Part shown: in pieces, positions 49,481 through 61,037 of the stretch
How positions within the stretch are numbered: the stretch's first letter is position 1
How the letters are laid out: every line of letters starts with the position of its first letter
Assembly (NCBI GenBank): GCA_963751455.1
Contig: CAVVUN010000015.1
Span: 1,632,001 to 1,696,000 of the forward strand
DNA length: 64,000 nt
DNA from: Nitrospirota bacterium
Lineage (GTDB): Bacteria > Nitrospirota > UBA9217
Direction: 5' to 3'
The notes under the pieces: generated by a model
What the model was told of the DNA's origin: nothing
Databases searched by the model: none
What the model saw: the letters and a program-made list of their open reading frames with translations, nothing else
Made by a program: the position numbers and the translations under genes

Positions 49481-50434
49481 ATGAAGGTCGCAGAGCAAGT
49501 GATGGATATGGAAATATTCGACGATGAGCTTGAACAGTATCCAACCACGAAAGAAAACGCTGAAGAGACGGAAACCCAAGAGCCTTTTAAGGCATGGAGG
49601 GAGGCAGGGCCTGACGCCATCAAATTCTATCTCAAGGAATTACGCAAATACCCGCTGCTGACCGCACAGGATGAGAAGATATTAGGAAGGCGTGTCCAGA
49701 AGGGTGATGCGGAAGCCAAGGCCCGGATGATAGAATCGAATCTTCGTCTCGTGGTGGCAATGGGGAAGAGATACATCAACAGGGGGCTGCCTTTTTCCGA
49801 CATCATAGAGGAAGGCAACCTCGGACTCATCAGGGCGGTCGAGAAGTTCAGGCCCGAGAAGGGCTTCAGGTTCAGCACGTATGCCTCCTGGTGGATACGG
49901 CAGGCCATAGAGCGGGCCATCATAAACCAGTCTCGAGTAATCCGCCTGCCCGTACATATAGCCGGGGAGGTCGCCACCTATACGCGTACAGCCAGGCGCC
50001 TTAACCAGGAGTTGAGGCGTGAACCTACGGCAGGGGAAATCGCCAAAAAAATGCGGGTTCCGATAGATACGGTCAGGAGCATTTCGCAGGTTGCCCGTGA
50101 CACATACTCGCTCGATATGATTATAGGCGAGCAGGAGGAGGACAGACTCAAGGACGTTATTGCGGACGAGAACGCAGAATCGCCGCTGACCGCCATGGAA
50201 AATAAGAGCAGAAGCGACCAGCTTGCCGGCTGGCTCTCGCGGCTTTCAACGAATGAACGAGACGTTATCGAACTACGGTTTGGGCTAAAGACCGAGGATC
50301 CGGAAACGCTTGACGGGATAGGCAGGAAATACGGGATCACGCGCGAGCGGGTACGACAGATCGAAGCCCAAGCGTTGATCAAACTAAAGGAATTCTGCAG
50401 GAGCGACAGCATGACTCTGGAAGCGCTGATGTAG
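49481..50434 (+). CDS. RpoS-like group 2 sigma70 factor
   Basis: Region 1.2 YL.E....[47 protein letters not shown]; no region 1.1. Confidence 0.9.
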   Translation: MKVAEQVMDMEIFDDELEQYPTTKENAEETETQEPFKAWREAGPDAIKFYLKELRKYPLLTAQDEKILGRRVQKGDAEAKARMIESNLRLVVAMGKRYINRGLPFSDIIEEGNLGLIRAVEKFRPEKGFRFSTYASWWIRQAIERAIINQSRVIRLPVHIAGEVATYTRTARRLNQELRREPTAGEIAKKMRVPIDTVRSISQVARDTYSLDMIIGEQEEDRLKDVIADENAESPLTAMENKSRSDQLAGWLSRLSTNERDVIELRFGLKTEDPETLDGIGRKYGITRERVRQIEAQALIKLKEFCRSDSMTLEALM

Positions 50435-50537
50435 AAGAGCCGAAGGATGAGGGGCGTAGGACGCAAAATCGTCATCGTTTTAGCGAGCCTTAGCGGTCGT
50501 CCCTCGTTTATCATGAATTTCCAACCCGGAGATAAAG

Positions 50538-50993
50538 ATGAAAAACATTCTGGTAATAAACGGAAACGATCCGGCGCTCACAATCCTTTCAAGCCTGCTC
50601 ACAAATAGCGGATACAACGTTATCGCGGAACCGGACGGATCTTCCGCGCTTTCGATCCTGGACAGCGAAGAGATCGACGTGATAATCAGCGATTATTGCC
50701 TGCCTGACATGGATGGACCCGCATTTATCGCATCGCTGAAAAGTGCGCTGCCCGGCTTTCCAGCCGTTATTTTCCTGAGCGACCGGGTCGATGTCGAGGA
50801 TTATCTGGCTGCGCTCGGGATGGGCGCCTTCGAGTTCCTCTTCAGACCGTTTCATCCGCGTGAACTGCTGAGAATTGTGAATGTCGCGATCAGGCAAAGC
50901 CCGCGGAATAAAAGAAACGCTTTGGCGAAGCGGGAACAGGACGACCGCTCGTCCGTACACAAAAACTTTCAGCGGTCACTTGTCACCGGCTAG
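50538..50993 (+). CDS. Stand-alone receiver domain protein (atypical)
   Basis: DVIISD..LPDMDG, GA..FL.RPF. Confidence 0.8.
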   Translation: MKNILVINGNDPALTILSSLLTNSGYNVIAEPDGSSALSILDSEEIDVIISDYCLPDMDGPAFIASLKSALPGFPAVIFLSDRVDVEDYLAALGMGAFEFLFRPFHPRELLRIVNVAIRQSPRNKRNALAKREQDDRSSVHKNFQRSLVTG

Positions 50994-51501
50994 TCGGCGA
51001 TTGCGGGCTTCTATGTGTTCATTCAAATGATATAATTGGCTTCGTTAGCGTCTCCCCAACAATCCTTCTGCGTGTGGAGTTTCCGCGCAGAAGGACCCCT
51101 CCCTGCTTTGTAATACCTTGGACCCATTCATAAAAAAATAGTATTCGATGCTATTGCATCCGTAATACTTCTATGCTATAAAAAGATGTTTACCAGTCAT
51201 CTTCTTCTCTTTTTAACCAAGCAAAAAACCTAATTCATTGCCTTTCATGTCCAGGGAATCAGTGATTGACGTCGAGCGCAACATGGGAACCTTAGGTCAA
51301 CATTATTTAAATCCATTTGCGGGGTAAATCTTGGCTGCTAAAAAAAGCGGACATCCTGTTTTACTTGCCGAAGTGTGCTACGCATACTAAGGAAGGCCGA
51401 CGCTGGTAGCCGGAGGTGCGGGATGCTGCAAGACACTTCTCGTATGGAGTTTCTGATGCGACCTCAGGCTTAATTCGGTTAAATTTAGCGGAGCGAACAG
51501 T

Positions 51502-54500
51502 ATGGCGACAAATGACAATCCCGGTAAGAGTTTTTTAATCGCCGGCATCGGCGCTTCAGCGGGAGGCCTTGACGCGCTTCAACGCTTTCTCGCATCGCTC
51601 CCACCGGACTTCGGGTTCGCCCTCGTCTTTATCCAGCACCTTTCCCCTAAACACAAGAGCCTCCTCCAGGAGCTCCTCTCGGCCAGATGGCCGTCTCTCG
51701 TGATCCAGCAAATTTCCGACGGCCTGAAGCTCCAGCCCGGCAGGCTTTACCTGTCCCCGCCGGGCAAGGAGGCCCGCCTGCGAAACGGCCTCTTTCACAC
51801 GACCGTCCATCCCGAGGGGCTCATTCATCTTCCCATTGACGAATTTTTGACCTCGCTCGCCGAGTACGCGGCGGAGCGCTCCATTGCCGTGATCTTCTCC
51901 GGCGCGGGCACGGACGGGGCCCGCGGCTGCCGGGCAATCCGGTCCGTGGGCGGGACCGTGTTCGTGCAGGCCCCGCAGACCGCGGAATTCAACAGCATGC
52001 CGCTCGCGGCCATCGCGACCGGACAGGCGGATGCAGTGCTCTCTCCCGAGGACATAGCCGCGGAGCTCCAAAGGCTCCAGGGGCTCGGCCAGGCCGCTGT
52101 CAGCCGCGAATATCCCATCACGCCGGAAGAGTACGGCGACTTCTTCCGGATACTCCAGGAGAAGACCGGCGGCAGGTTCAATCATTACAAGAAGAGCGTC
52201 GTAGGCCGAAGAATCAGAAGACGCATGTACCTTCACGGGCTCTCCGCAATCAAAGATTACCTGGGCCTCATCTCGACTAATGATTCCGAGGCCGCGCTCC
52301 TCGCGTCCGACCTCATGATCGGCGTCACCTCCTTCTTTCGCGACCGGGTGGCATGGAAAGCCCTGAACTTGGAAGCGATACGGAAGATCGCCACGGAGAA
52401 TACCGGCCTACCGATCCGCATCTGGACTCCTGCGAGCGCAACCGGCGAGGAGGCCTTCTCCATCGCCATGATGTTCCTTCGCGAACTGGAACTCGCCGGG
52501 AAAACACGGGACATCCATGTTTTTGCAACGGACGTGAACGACCGCGCGCTCGAGCGGGCGCGCGAGGGCAAGTATCCCGCGAGCATCACCGCGGACGTGC
52601 CGCAGGAGTACGTCCAGAAGTACTTCACACCAACCGATGACGGCAACTTTCTGGTTATCAACAAGGACGTAAGGGAGCGCGTGGTCTTTGCCAGGCAAGA
52701 TCTTTTGATCGACCCCCCTTTCTCCAGGCTGGATCTCATTATCTGCCGGAACTTCCTCATATACCTGGAGCCCGAGGCGCAGGAAAAAAGCATCACCCTC
52801 TTTCATTACGCTCTCAAAGAAGGCGGCTACCTCTTTCTCGGCAATGCGGAAACCGTGGGCAGAAAGAGCAAACTTTTCCAATCCATCGGCCATAAGCAAT
52901 GCCGCGTCTACCGGAAGCTCGAGGCAAAACCCGCTTCAAGAATGCCCATCTCGGTCCCTTACGCAACGGAACGGCAGGCGTCGCCCGCCAAACAGGCGCA
53001 AGCGACGGAGCGGACCCGGCCTGTCATTGAAATTATCCAGGAAAAACTGCTTGAAGAATACGGGCCCGCTTCCGTGGCCATAGACCAGAACCACGAAATC
53101 GTCTACCACAGCGGCCCCACGAACCGCTATCTTCGCCAGCCCCGGGGCGTGCCGACGCAGAACCTTTTAGATCTCTTGCCCGAGAACCTGCGGAGCAGGA
53201 TACGCGGGGCGCTCTACCGGTCGGGCCGCGAGGAAAGGCCCGTGGTTATCCGCACCAGTGTAGCCGGTGACGACAATAAAAAAAGACAAGTCACCCTCCG
53301 AATCACGAAGGCCGCGGAGAGCCTCTCCATCGTGGTTTTTCATGAGAAAGACGCCCCCTCAAAAGAAGAGGCAGCCGAGCAGGTCGATACCGCCGTCATC
53401 GAAGAGACCGCGATCCACCAGCTCGAAAGCGAATTGTCCGCGACTCGCGCCGACCTTCAGAGCCACATCGAGCAGCTGAAAAGCCTGAACGAAGAGCTCC
53501 AATCCTCGAACGAGGAACTCCAGGCCGCGAACGAGGAGCTTGAAACTTCCCGGGAAGAGCTCCAGTCGTTGAACGAAGAGCTGATCACCGTGAACTCGCA
53601 GCTCCAGGGCAAGATCGAGGAGCAGGATGCAACGAACAACGACCTGAACAACTTCCTCGCGAGCACGAACCTCCCCACGATCTTCCTGGACACGCATTTC
53701 AGGGTAAAGCGTTTCACGCCCGCGATGCTCAAGCTCATCAAGCTCCTTTCCTCCGACGTGGGCCGCCCCATCAAAGACATGTCACAGGAGAACCTCGGCC
53801 TTGACCTCACCTCCGACGCCCAGTCAGTCCTTGAGAGCCTCGTGCCGGCGCGGCAGGAGATGCAGATCAACGGCGCATGGTACGTCCGCACGACGCTTCC
53901 CTACCGGACCGCGGACAACCGCATCGAAGGTATTGTCGTCGCGTACAACGACGTTACCGAACTCAAACGGGCCGAGGAGCGCACGCGGCACCTTGCCTCG
54001 TTCCCTCAGCTCAATCCGAACCCCATCATCGAGGTGGATGCCTCCGGTAAAATCATCTTCGCCAATCCGGGAACGGAATGTATTCTGGAAAGCCTGGGCA
54101 TGGACAAGGGAGACGCAGCGGTTTTCCTTCCAAAGGACCTGGATGTCATCTTACAGGATCTGGCGACGAACAGCGCAGCCTGCGTCTCTCGCGAGGTCAC
54201 GGTCAAGGACAGGATTTTCAGCGAGACCATTCAGCTCATTTCGCAATTCAATGTCGCACGCATTTACGCGTATGACATCACCGAGCGCAAGAAGGCGGAA
54301 GAGGCCGCGCGCAGGCTGGCCGTGGTGCTCCAAACCACAAACGACGCGGTCACGATCCATGACTTCGAGGGCAATATCAAGCTCTGGAACCGCGGGGCGG
54401 AGCGGCTGTTCGGCTGGACAGCAGCCGAGGCCCTTGCAATGAAGCTCAAGGACACGATACCCGGAGCGAAGCTTGCGGAAGCCCTGGTGTACCTGGAAAA

Positions 54501-55191
54501 GCTGCGCCTCGGGGAACCGGTAAACTCTTTCGAGACCCAGCGCTTTACCAGGGATGGACGCATTCTGGACATCTGGCTGACCGCGACCGTGCTTCCCGAC
54601 GAGGCGGGAAAGCCCGCTCTTGTGGCCACGACCGAACGAGATATCACCGACCGCAAGAAGGCGGAAGAGGCGCTGGGCCGTCTGTCGGCCATCGTCGCGA
54701 GCGCGGAAGACGCGATCATCAGCAAGGACCTGAACGGCGTTATTCAGACGTGGAACGTAGGCGCGGAAATGATATTCGGTTATACCGCGGAGGAAGCGAT
54801 AGGCAAGAATATTTCTCTTCTTGTCCCGCCCGATCATGAGGATGAGGTCCCCGATATTCTGAGGCGGCTGTCGCAGGGCGAGCACATAGAGAATTTCGAG
54901 ACCGTGCGCATGCGGAAGGACGGCACGATCATCCCCGTGTCCCTGAACTTCTCCGCCATCAGGGATGCAAACGGAAAGGTGATAGGCGCGTCCAAGATCG
55001 CGCACGACATCACCGCGCGGAAGCGGGCCGAGGAAGAACTGCGCCAAAGTAACGAAGAATTGACCCGCTTCAACCGCGTCATGATCGGCCGGGAGGCGCG
55101 CATAATCGAAATGAAGAAGGAAGTAAACGAACTCTGCGAACAGGCCGGCCTGCCGCCGCGCTATCCGTTGGACTTCGAGGATGAAGCATGA
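51502..55191 (+). CDS. CheB-CheR fusion with coiled coil and multiple PAS domains
   Basis: GASAGG/QH/G.DG CheB triad, VTSFFRD, TGEEA, CRN.LIY CheR motifs, NEELQSSNEEL coil. Confidence 0.92.
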   Translation: MATNDNPGKSFLIAGIGASAGGLDALQRFLASLPPDFGFALVFIQHLSPKHKSLLQELLSARWPSLVIQQISDGLKLQPGRLYLSPPGKEARLRNGLFHTTVHPEGLIHLPIDEFLTSLAEYAAERSIAVIFSGAGTDGARGCRAIRSVGGTVFVQAPQTAEFNSMPLAAIATGQADAVLSPEDIAAELQRLQGLGQAAVSREYPITPEEYGDFFRILQEKTGGRFNHYKKSVVGRRIRRRMYLHGLSAIKDYLGLISTNDSEAALLASDLMIGVTSFFRDRVAWKALNLEAIRKIATENTGLPIRIWTPASATGEEAFSIAMMFLRELELAGKTRDIHVFATDVNDRALERAREGKYPASITADVPQEYVQKYFTPTDDGNFLVINKDVRERVVFARQDLLIDPPFSRLDLIICRNFLIYLEPEAQEKSITLFHYALKEGGYLFLGNAETVGRKSKLFQSIGHKQCRVYRKLEAKPASRMPISVPYATERQASPAKQAQATERTRPVIEIIQEKLLEEYGPASVAIDQNHEIVYHSGPTNRYLRQPRGVPTQNLLDLLPENLRSRIRGALYRSGREERPVVIRTSVAGDDNKKRQVTLRITKAAESLSIVVFHEKDAPSKEEAAEQVDTAVIEETAIHQLESELSATRADLQSHIEQLKSLNEELQSSNEELQAANEELETSREELQSLNEELITVNSQLQGKIEEQDATNNDLNNFLASTNLPTIFLDTHFRVKRFTPAMLKLIKLLSSDVGRPIKDMSQENLGLDLTSDAQSVLESLVPARQEMQINGAWYVRTTLPYRTADNRIEGIVVAYNDVTELKRAEERTRHLASFPQLNPNPIIEVDASGKIIFANPGTECILESLGMDKGDAAVFLPKDLDVILQDLATNSAACVSREVTVKDRIFSETIQLISQFNVARIYAYDITERKKAEEAARRLAVVLQTTNDAVTIHDFEGNIKLWNRGAERLFGWTAAEALAMKLKDTIPGAKLAEALVYLEKLRLGEPVNSFETQRFTRDGRILDIWLTATVLPDEAGKPALVATTERDITDRKKAEEALGRLSAIVASAEDAIISKDLNGVIQTWNVGAEMIFGYTAEEAIGKNISLLVPPDHEDEVPDILRRLSQGEHIENFETVRMRKDGTIIPVSLNFSAIRDANGKVIGASKIAHDITARKRAEEELRQSNEELTRFNRVMIGREARIIEMKKEVNELCEQAGLPPRYPLDFEDEA

Positions 55192-55209
55192 CATTATTGC
55201 GCGAATGTT

Positions 55210-55267
55210 TGGATCAAGGCAACCGTGTTGCCGTTCATTGTAACGCCGACGCGGTCGGCTCGGTCCA
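55210..55267 (-). repeat. REP doublet, reverse orientation
   Basis: tggatcaaggcaaccgtgttgccg...cgccgacgcggtcggctcggtcca. Confidence 0.8.
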
Positions 55268-55504
55268 TAGTTTGGTTGCGGCCGCGGAGGCCGCGCTATG
55301 AAGACAAAAGTATGAGAGAAAAAAAGCCCGTGATTTTTTAAAAGGAGTTTACAATCTCTTGCGTGTGATGATGTTTTTGTGCTATAAATAACCGTTTTTT
55401 GCTCCACTTGTATTCTTCTTAATACAATAAGAAGCTGAACAAATTTGTAACGCCAATTGGTTTAGCGCAGTCTTTAGAAACCCAATCTTTTAAAAAAGCA
55501 AAAA

Positions 55505-55638
55505 GTAACTGCTTAGGATTGCCGCAAAAGATCGCAAAGAACTCAAAGGAAAAGCTTGAAATCATGAATTTTGGTTTTTCATTCCTTCTGCGTTCCTTGC
55601 GTTCCTTCGCGGCTAATTGTTTTGGCCTGAGTAGTTAC
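55505..55638. mobile_element. MITE of the GTAACT...AGTTAC family
   Basis: gtaactgcttagg ... cctgagtagttac enclosing a CGCAAAG 9-mer palindrome; flanks agcaaaaa/tacaaaaa. Confidence 0.65.
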
Positions 55639-55777
55639 TACAAAAAAACAATCATTGAAAAAAACCCGTTAGGACTGCTGTCTCTAATGAGGTGTAATAA
55701 AACTAAACGTACCATCCGTCAATAGACTCTTTTTTCATTCCTCAATGGGCATGGCATTTCACAAACGGAGAAAAACC

Positions 55778-58700
55778 ATGAAGAAGATTGAAAACAGCAA
55801 GCTGTACAGCGTGGACGATCTCAAACAAACGCGCGACGCCATGGACTTCATGGCGAACCTCCTGCAGTCCTCCACGGAGTATTCCATCATCGGCAAGGAC
55901 CTCGACGGAAAGGTCCTGCTCTGGAACGAGGGCGCCCGCCGGATTTACGGGTACGACTCCGAGGAAGTGGTCGGCAAGGCGAACTCCTCCATCCTCCACA
56001 CCGAGGAAGACGTCAAGTCCGGCAAGCCTCACCAGATGATAGATGCGGCCCTGCGCGAGGGTAAATGGGAAGGCACGATCAACCGGCGCAGGAAGAACGG
56101 GGAGCATCTTCAACGCGCGCGTCGTCATCACCCCCCGGCGGGACGAAGCGGGCAAGCCCATAGGCTTTCTGCTCATCTCGAAGGACATCTCGAACGAGAT
56201 GCGCTTTACCGAGCAGCTCAGGAAGGCGAAGCTCTTCGACAGCGCCATCGTGTCGAACGCCCAGGAGGCGGTGGACTTCATCACGAACATCCTCGAGTCC
56301 TCCACCGAGTATTCGGTCATCGGTAAGGACCTGGACGGCAAGATCCTGCTCTGGAACGAAGGCGCCCGGCGTCTCTACGGGTTCGAGCCGGAAGAGGTCG
56401 TGGGCAAGGCCAACTCCTCGATCCTCCATACGGAGGAGGACGTGGCCACGGGAAAACCCCGGGAGATCCTGGACGCGGCCCTGCACAACGGCAAATGGGA
56501 AGGCACGATCACCCGCCGCAGGAAAAACGGCGAGCTCTTCAAGGCCCGGGTCGTCATCACCCCCCGCCGCGACTCGCTCGGCCGGGCCATCGGCTTCCTG
56601 CTCATCTCGAAGGACATCTCGGACGAAATCCGGCTCACCGAACAGTTAAAGTCAACCCAGTTTTATACCCGGTCGCTCATCGAATCGAACATCGACGCTC
56701 TCATGGCCACGGACCCGCTCGGCATCATAAGCGACGTGAACAAGCAGATGGTGACCCTGACCGGCTACACGCGGGACGAACTAATCGGCTCTCCGTTCAA
56801 GAACTATTTCACCGATCCCGAGCGTGCGGAGGAAGGCATCAAGCTGGTGCTGCGCGAGGGCAAGGTCACGAACTACGAACTCACCGCCCTTTCCAAGACC
56901 GGCAAGAAAACGGTGGTCTCCTACAACGCGTCCACGTTCCGCGACGCCGAGGGCAAGCTCCAGGGCGTGTTCGCGGCGGCCCGCGACATTACCGAGCAGA
57001 AAGAGCTGGAGCAGAGGCTCCGCGAGTCCGAAGCTTACAACCGCGGGCTCATTGAGGCCTCGGTGGACGGCCTGATCACGGTCGATCCCACGGGCTCGAT
57101 CTCCGACGTGAACGCGCGCATGTGCCAGATGTCGGGCTATACCCGGGAGGAACTTACCGGCACGCCCTTCATCGATTATTTCGTGGACAGCGAACGTGCG
57201 GACTCGGGCGTCCGTCAGACCTTCGATCAGGGGGTGGTCACGGATTACGCGCTTACCATGGCCACCCGGGACGGCAGGCAGCTGATCGTGTCGTTCAACG
57301 CGTCGGTGTTTAAAGACCCCTCGGGAGAGGTGCGCGGGATCTTCGCCTCCGCGCGCGACATCACCGATCAGGCGAGGCTCCAGACCCAGATCTCTGAAGA
57401 ACGGGCTTACAACCGGGGTCTCATCGAGGCTTCCCTGGACGGCCTGATCACGGTGGATCCCATGCTGAACATCACGGACGTGAACGAGACCATGTGCCGC
57501 ATGGCCGGCTACGCCAGAAAGGAACTCATCGGCTCGCCGTTCCCGGACTATTTCACCGATGCCAGGCGGGCGGCCGAGGGTGTCAGGCTCACCCTCGACA
57601 AGGGGGCCGTGACCAACTACGAGCTTACCCTCCACAGCAAAGACGGAGCGGAGCAACTGGTCTCCTTCAACGCCGCCATATTCAAGGACGAGGCCGGCGC
57701 GGTGCGCGGGATCTTCGCCAGCGCCCGTAACATCACGGAGCAGACGAAATTACAGGCCCAGCTTGCCGAAGAGCGGGCGTACAACCGCGGCCTCATCGAG
57801 GCCTCCGTGGACGGCCTGGTCACGGTCGACGAGGCCATGCTGATCACGGACGTGAACGAGACCATGTGCCGCATGGCCGGCAGGACCAGAAACCAGATCA
57901 TCGGGTCTTCGTTCCCCACTTACTTCTCCGAACGGGACCTGGCGGCCGAGGGCGTGCACCTCACGTTTAAAGAAGGGTCCGTCACCAACTACGTTTTGAC
58001 CCTGCAAGCCGTGAAAGGGCAAAAGGTGCCGGTCTCTTTCAACGCGGCCGTGTTCAAGGACGCCTCCGGCAAGGTGCGCGGCATCTTCGCCTCGGCCCGC
58101 GACATCACCGAGCAGAAGAAGCTCGAAGCCCAGCTCCAGGCCTCGCAGTTCTACACCCGGTCGCTCATCGAATCGAACATCGACGCACTCATGACCACGG
58201 ACCCGGTCGGCATCATCACTGACGTAAACCAGCAGATGGAGGCCCTTACCGGCCATACCCGTGAAGAGCTGATCGGCTCTCCCTTCAAGAACTTCTTCAC
58301 CGAGCCGCAAAGGGCCGAGGAAGGCATCAAAATCGTGGTCCGCGAAGGCAGGGTCACGAACTACGAACTCACGGCCAGGAGCAAACAGGGCAAGAAAACG
58401 GTCGTGTCCTACAACGCCGCCACGTTTGCCGACCGCGATAGGAAGCTTTCGGGTGTGTTCGCCGCAGCCCGCGACATCACCGAACAGAAAAAACTGGAGC
58501 AGCAGTTACGGGATTCCCAGGCGTACAACCGGGGCCTCATCGAGGCCTCCGTTGACGGCCTCATCACCGTGGACCCCGAGGGCATCATCAGCGACGTTAA
58601 CGACCGCATGTGCCAGATGAGCGGCTACACCCGGGGCGAGCTGATCGGCACGCCGTTCTCCGACTATTTCACGGACCCGGCCCTGGCCACCGCGGGCGTC

Positions 58701-60725
58701 AAGGAAACCTTCGAGAAGGGGATCGTGACCGAGTACGCGCTGACCCTGATTTCCCGGACTCGTCGATTCCTGCAGGTGTCGTTCAACGCCTCGGTGTTCA
58801 AGGACCCGTCCGGCAGCGTGCGCGGCATCTTCGCCTCCGCCCGCGACATCACGGATCGCGTCCGCCTTGAAGAGCAGCTTCGTGAGCAGCAGACGTATCT
58901 CCGCGGGCTCATCGAGTCCTCGGTGGACGGCCTCATCACCGTGGACCCCGAAGGGTTCATCACGGACGTAAACGAGCAGATGTGCCGCATGACCGGGTAC
59001 AGCAGAGACGAGTTGATCGGGTCGTCCTTCAGGCAATACTTCACCGAACCCCAGCGGGCCGACGTCGGCGTCAAATCCACCTTCGCCCAGGGCGTGGTCA
59101 CAAACTACGCCCTGGTCCTCAAAACAAAAACCGGCCGGAAGGCCACGGTGTCCTTCAACGCGTCGGTCTTCCGCGCGGGAGACGGAAGGGTGCAGGGCAT
59201 CTTCGCCTCGGCCCGCGACATCAGCGAACAGGCCCGGCTCCAGACCCAGCTCGTGGATCAGCAGGCCTACAACCGGTCGCTGATCGAAGCCTCCGCGGAC
59301 GCGCTCTTCGCCATTGCGCCCGACGGCGCGATCACGGACGTGAACGAGGAAGCGACCCGGCTCACCGGCTACTCGCGGAAACACCTGGTCAACTCCGGGT
59401 TCGCGGGATACTTCACCGAGCCCCTTCGCGCGAGCGAAGGCGTCAGCCAGACGCTCGCGCAGGGCCGCGTGCTCGCGTACGAACTGGTCCTGATCACGCG
59501 CCAGAATAGAAGGATCGCGGTCTCCTTCAACGCGGGCGTATTCTCCGACGCGGCGGGAAAACAGCTCGGCATCCTTGCCGGCGCCCGCGACATCACGGAC
59601 CAGAAGAAACTGGAGCAGCAGCTTCGCGATCAGCAGTTCTACTCCCGGTCCCTGATCGAGTCCAACATCGACGCGCTCATGACCACGGACCCGGTGGGAA
59701 TCATCACGGACGTGAACCAGCAGATGGAGGCCCTGACCGGCTACAACCGGGAGGAGCTCATCGGCGCGCCGTTCAAGACCTACTTCACCGACCCCAAGCT
59801 GGCCGAGGAAGGCATCCGGCTCGTGCTCAGGGAAGGCAACGTTACGAACTACGAGCTCACCGCCAGGAGCAAGCAGGGCAGGGAAACGGTCGTGTCCTAC
59901 AACGCCACCACGTTCGCGGACCGGGACGGAAAACTGCAGGGCGTGTTCGCCGCGGCCCGGGACGTGACGGAACGCAAGCGTTTCGAGCAGACGCTGCAGG
60001 AGAAGAGCGTTGAAATGGAGAACGCCAACCTGTCCAAGGACCGCTTCCTGGCCAGCATGAGCCACGAGCTCCGGACCCCGCTAAACGCCGTCATCGGGTT
60101 CACCGGCACGCTGCTCATGAAGCTCCCCGGGCCTTTGACGAGCGATCAGGAAGGCCAGCTCCAGAACATCTCGACCAGCGCCAAGCATCTGCTTCTGCTC
60201 ATCAATGATCTGCTGGATCTGGCCAAGATCGAGTCGGGCAAGGTCGAGCTCAAGCTCGAACCCATCTCGTGCCAGAGCATTGTGCAGGAAGTGGCTTCGA
60301 CACTCCTGCCCATGGCGGCCAGCAAGGGCCTCAAGCTCACCGTCATCGTGCCGGACAGAGAACTGGTGCTGAATACGGACCGGCGGTCCCTTTCCCAGGT
60401 CCTCTTGAACCTCACCTACAACGCCATTAAATTTACCGAAAAGGGCGAGGTGAAGCTGGAGCTGAGGCACAACCACCACGGCGGGCTCGTGCGGATCGAA
60501 TTCCGCGTGATCGACACGGGCATCGGCATCAAACCCGAGGACCAGGCAATGCTCTTCCAGGCGTTCACGCAGGTGGATTCCTCGAGCGCACGCCGTTACG
60601 AAGGCACCGGCCTGGGCCTGCACCTGAGCCAGAAGCTCGCCGAGCTCCTGAACGGCCGCATCTCCTTCAAGAGCGACTACGGCAAGGGGAGCGAGTTTAT
60701 GATGGTGTTGGAAGAGCAGCGGTGA
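55778..60725 (+). CDS. Cytoplasmic histidine kinase with 11 PAS domains; +1 frameshift near 56100-56107
   Basis: PAS1 starts in ORF 55745 and continues in ORF 56043; ends with SHELRTPL, DTGIG and GTGLGL. Confidence 0.85.
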
Positions 60726-60804
60726 GGCGATTGCGGATTTGCGATTGCGGATTGCGGAATGAACGGCAAAGGACAATTTCGGAATGCAGATTTTCAGCCT
60801 CTAC

Positions 60805-61022
60805 GTCATTCCGGCTTGTCCGGAATCATTTTGCCACACGACATAATGAAAAGATCGATTTCGGGCAAGCCGGAATGACGGTCTGTTGTTCGCCGATTTT
60901 ACAGCCTTTGACGTCATTCCCGCTTGTCGGGAATCTTTTTTCAGAATGACGGGAAGGATTCCGGGCGCCCTGCACTCGCGCTATGCACTCGTAATCGCTG
61001 GGTGCAGGCAAGCCGGAATGAC
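60805..61022. repeat. Two GTCATTCC(C/G)GCTTGTC(C/G)GGAATC inverted doublets; last arm has mini insertion 60967..61009
   Basis: Four arms in alternating orientation; intact arm at 60857-60879. Confidence 0.8.
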
Positions 61023-61037
61023 AGTTAAGGAGTTCTT

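Noticed and set aside
58506-60065. 519-aa minus-strand ORF and similar long antisense ORFs at 9671, 54151, 56781 and 63184
   Set aside because: Antisense shadows of GC-rich genes with strong codon bias.
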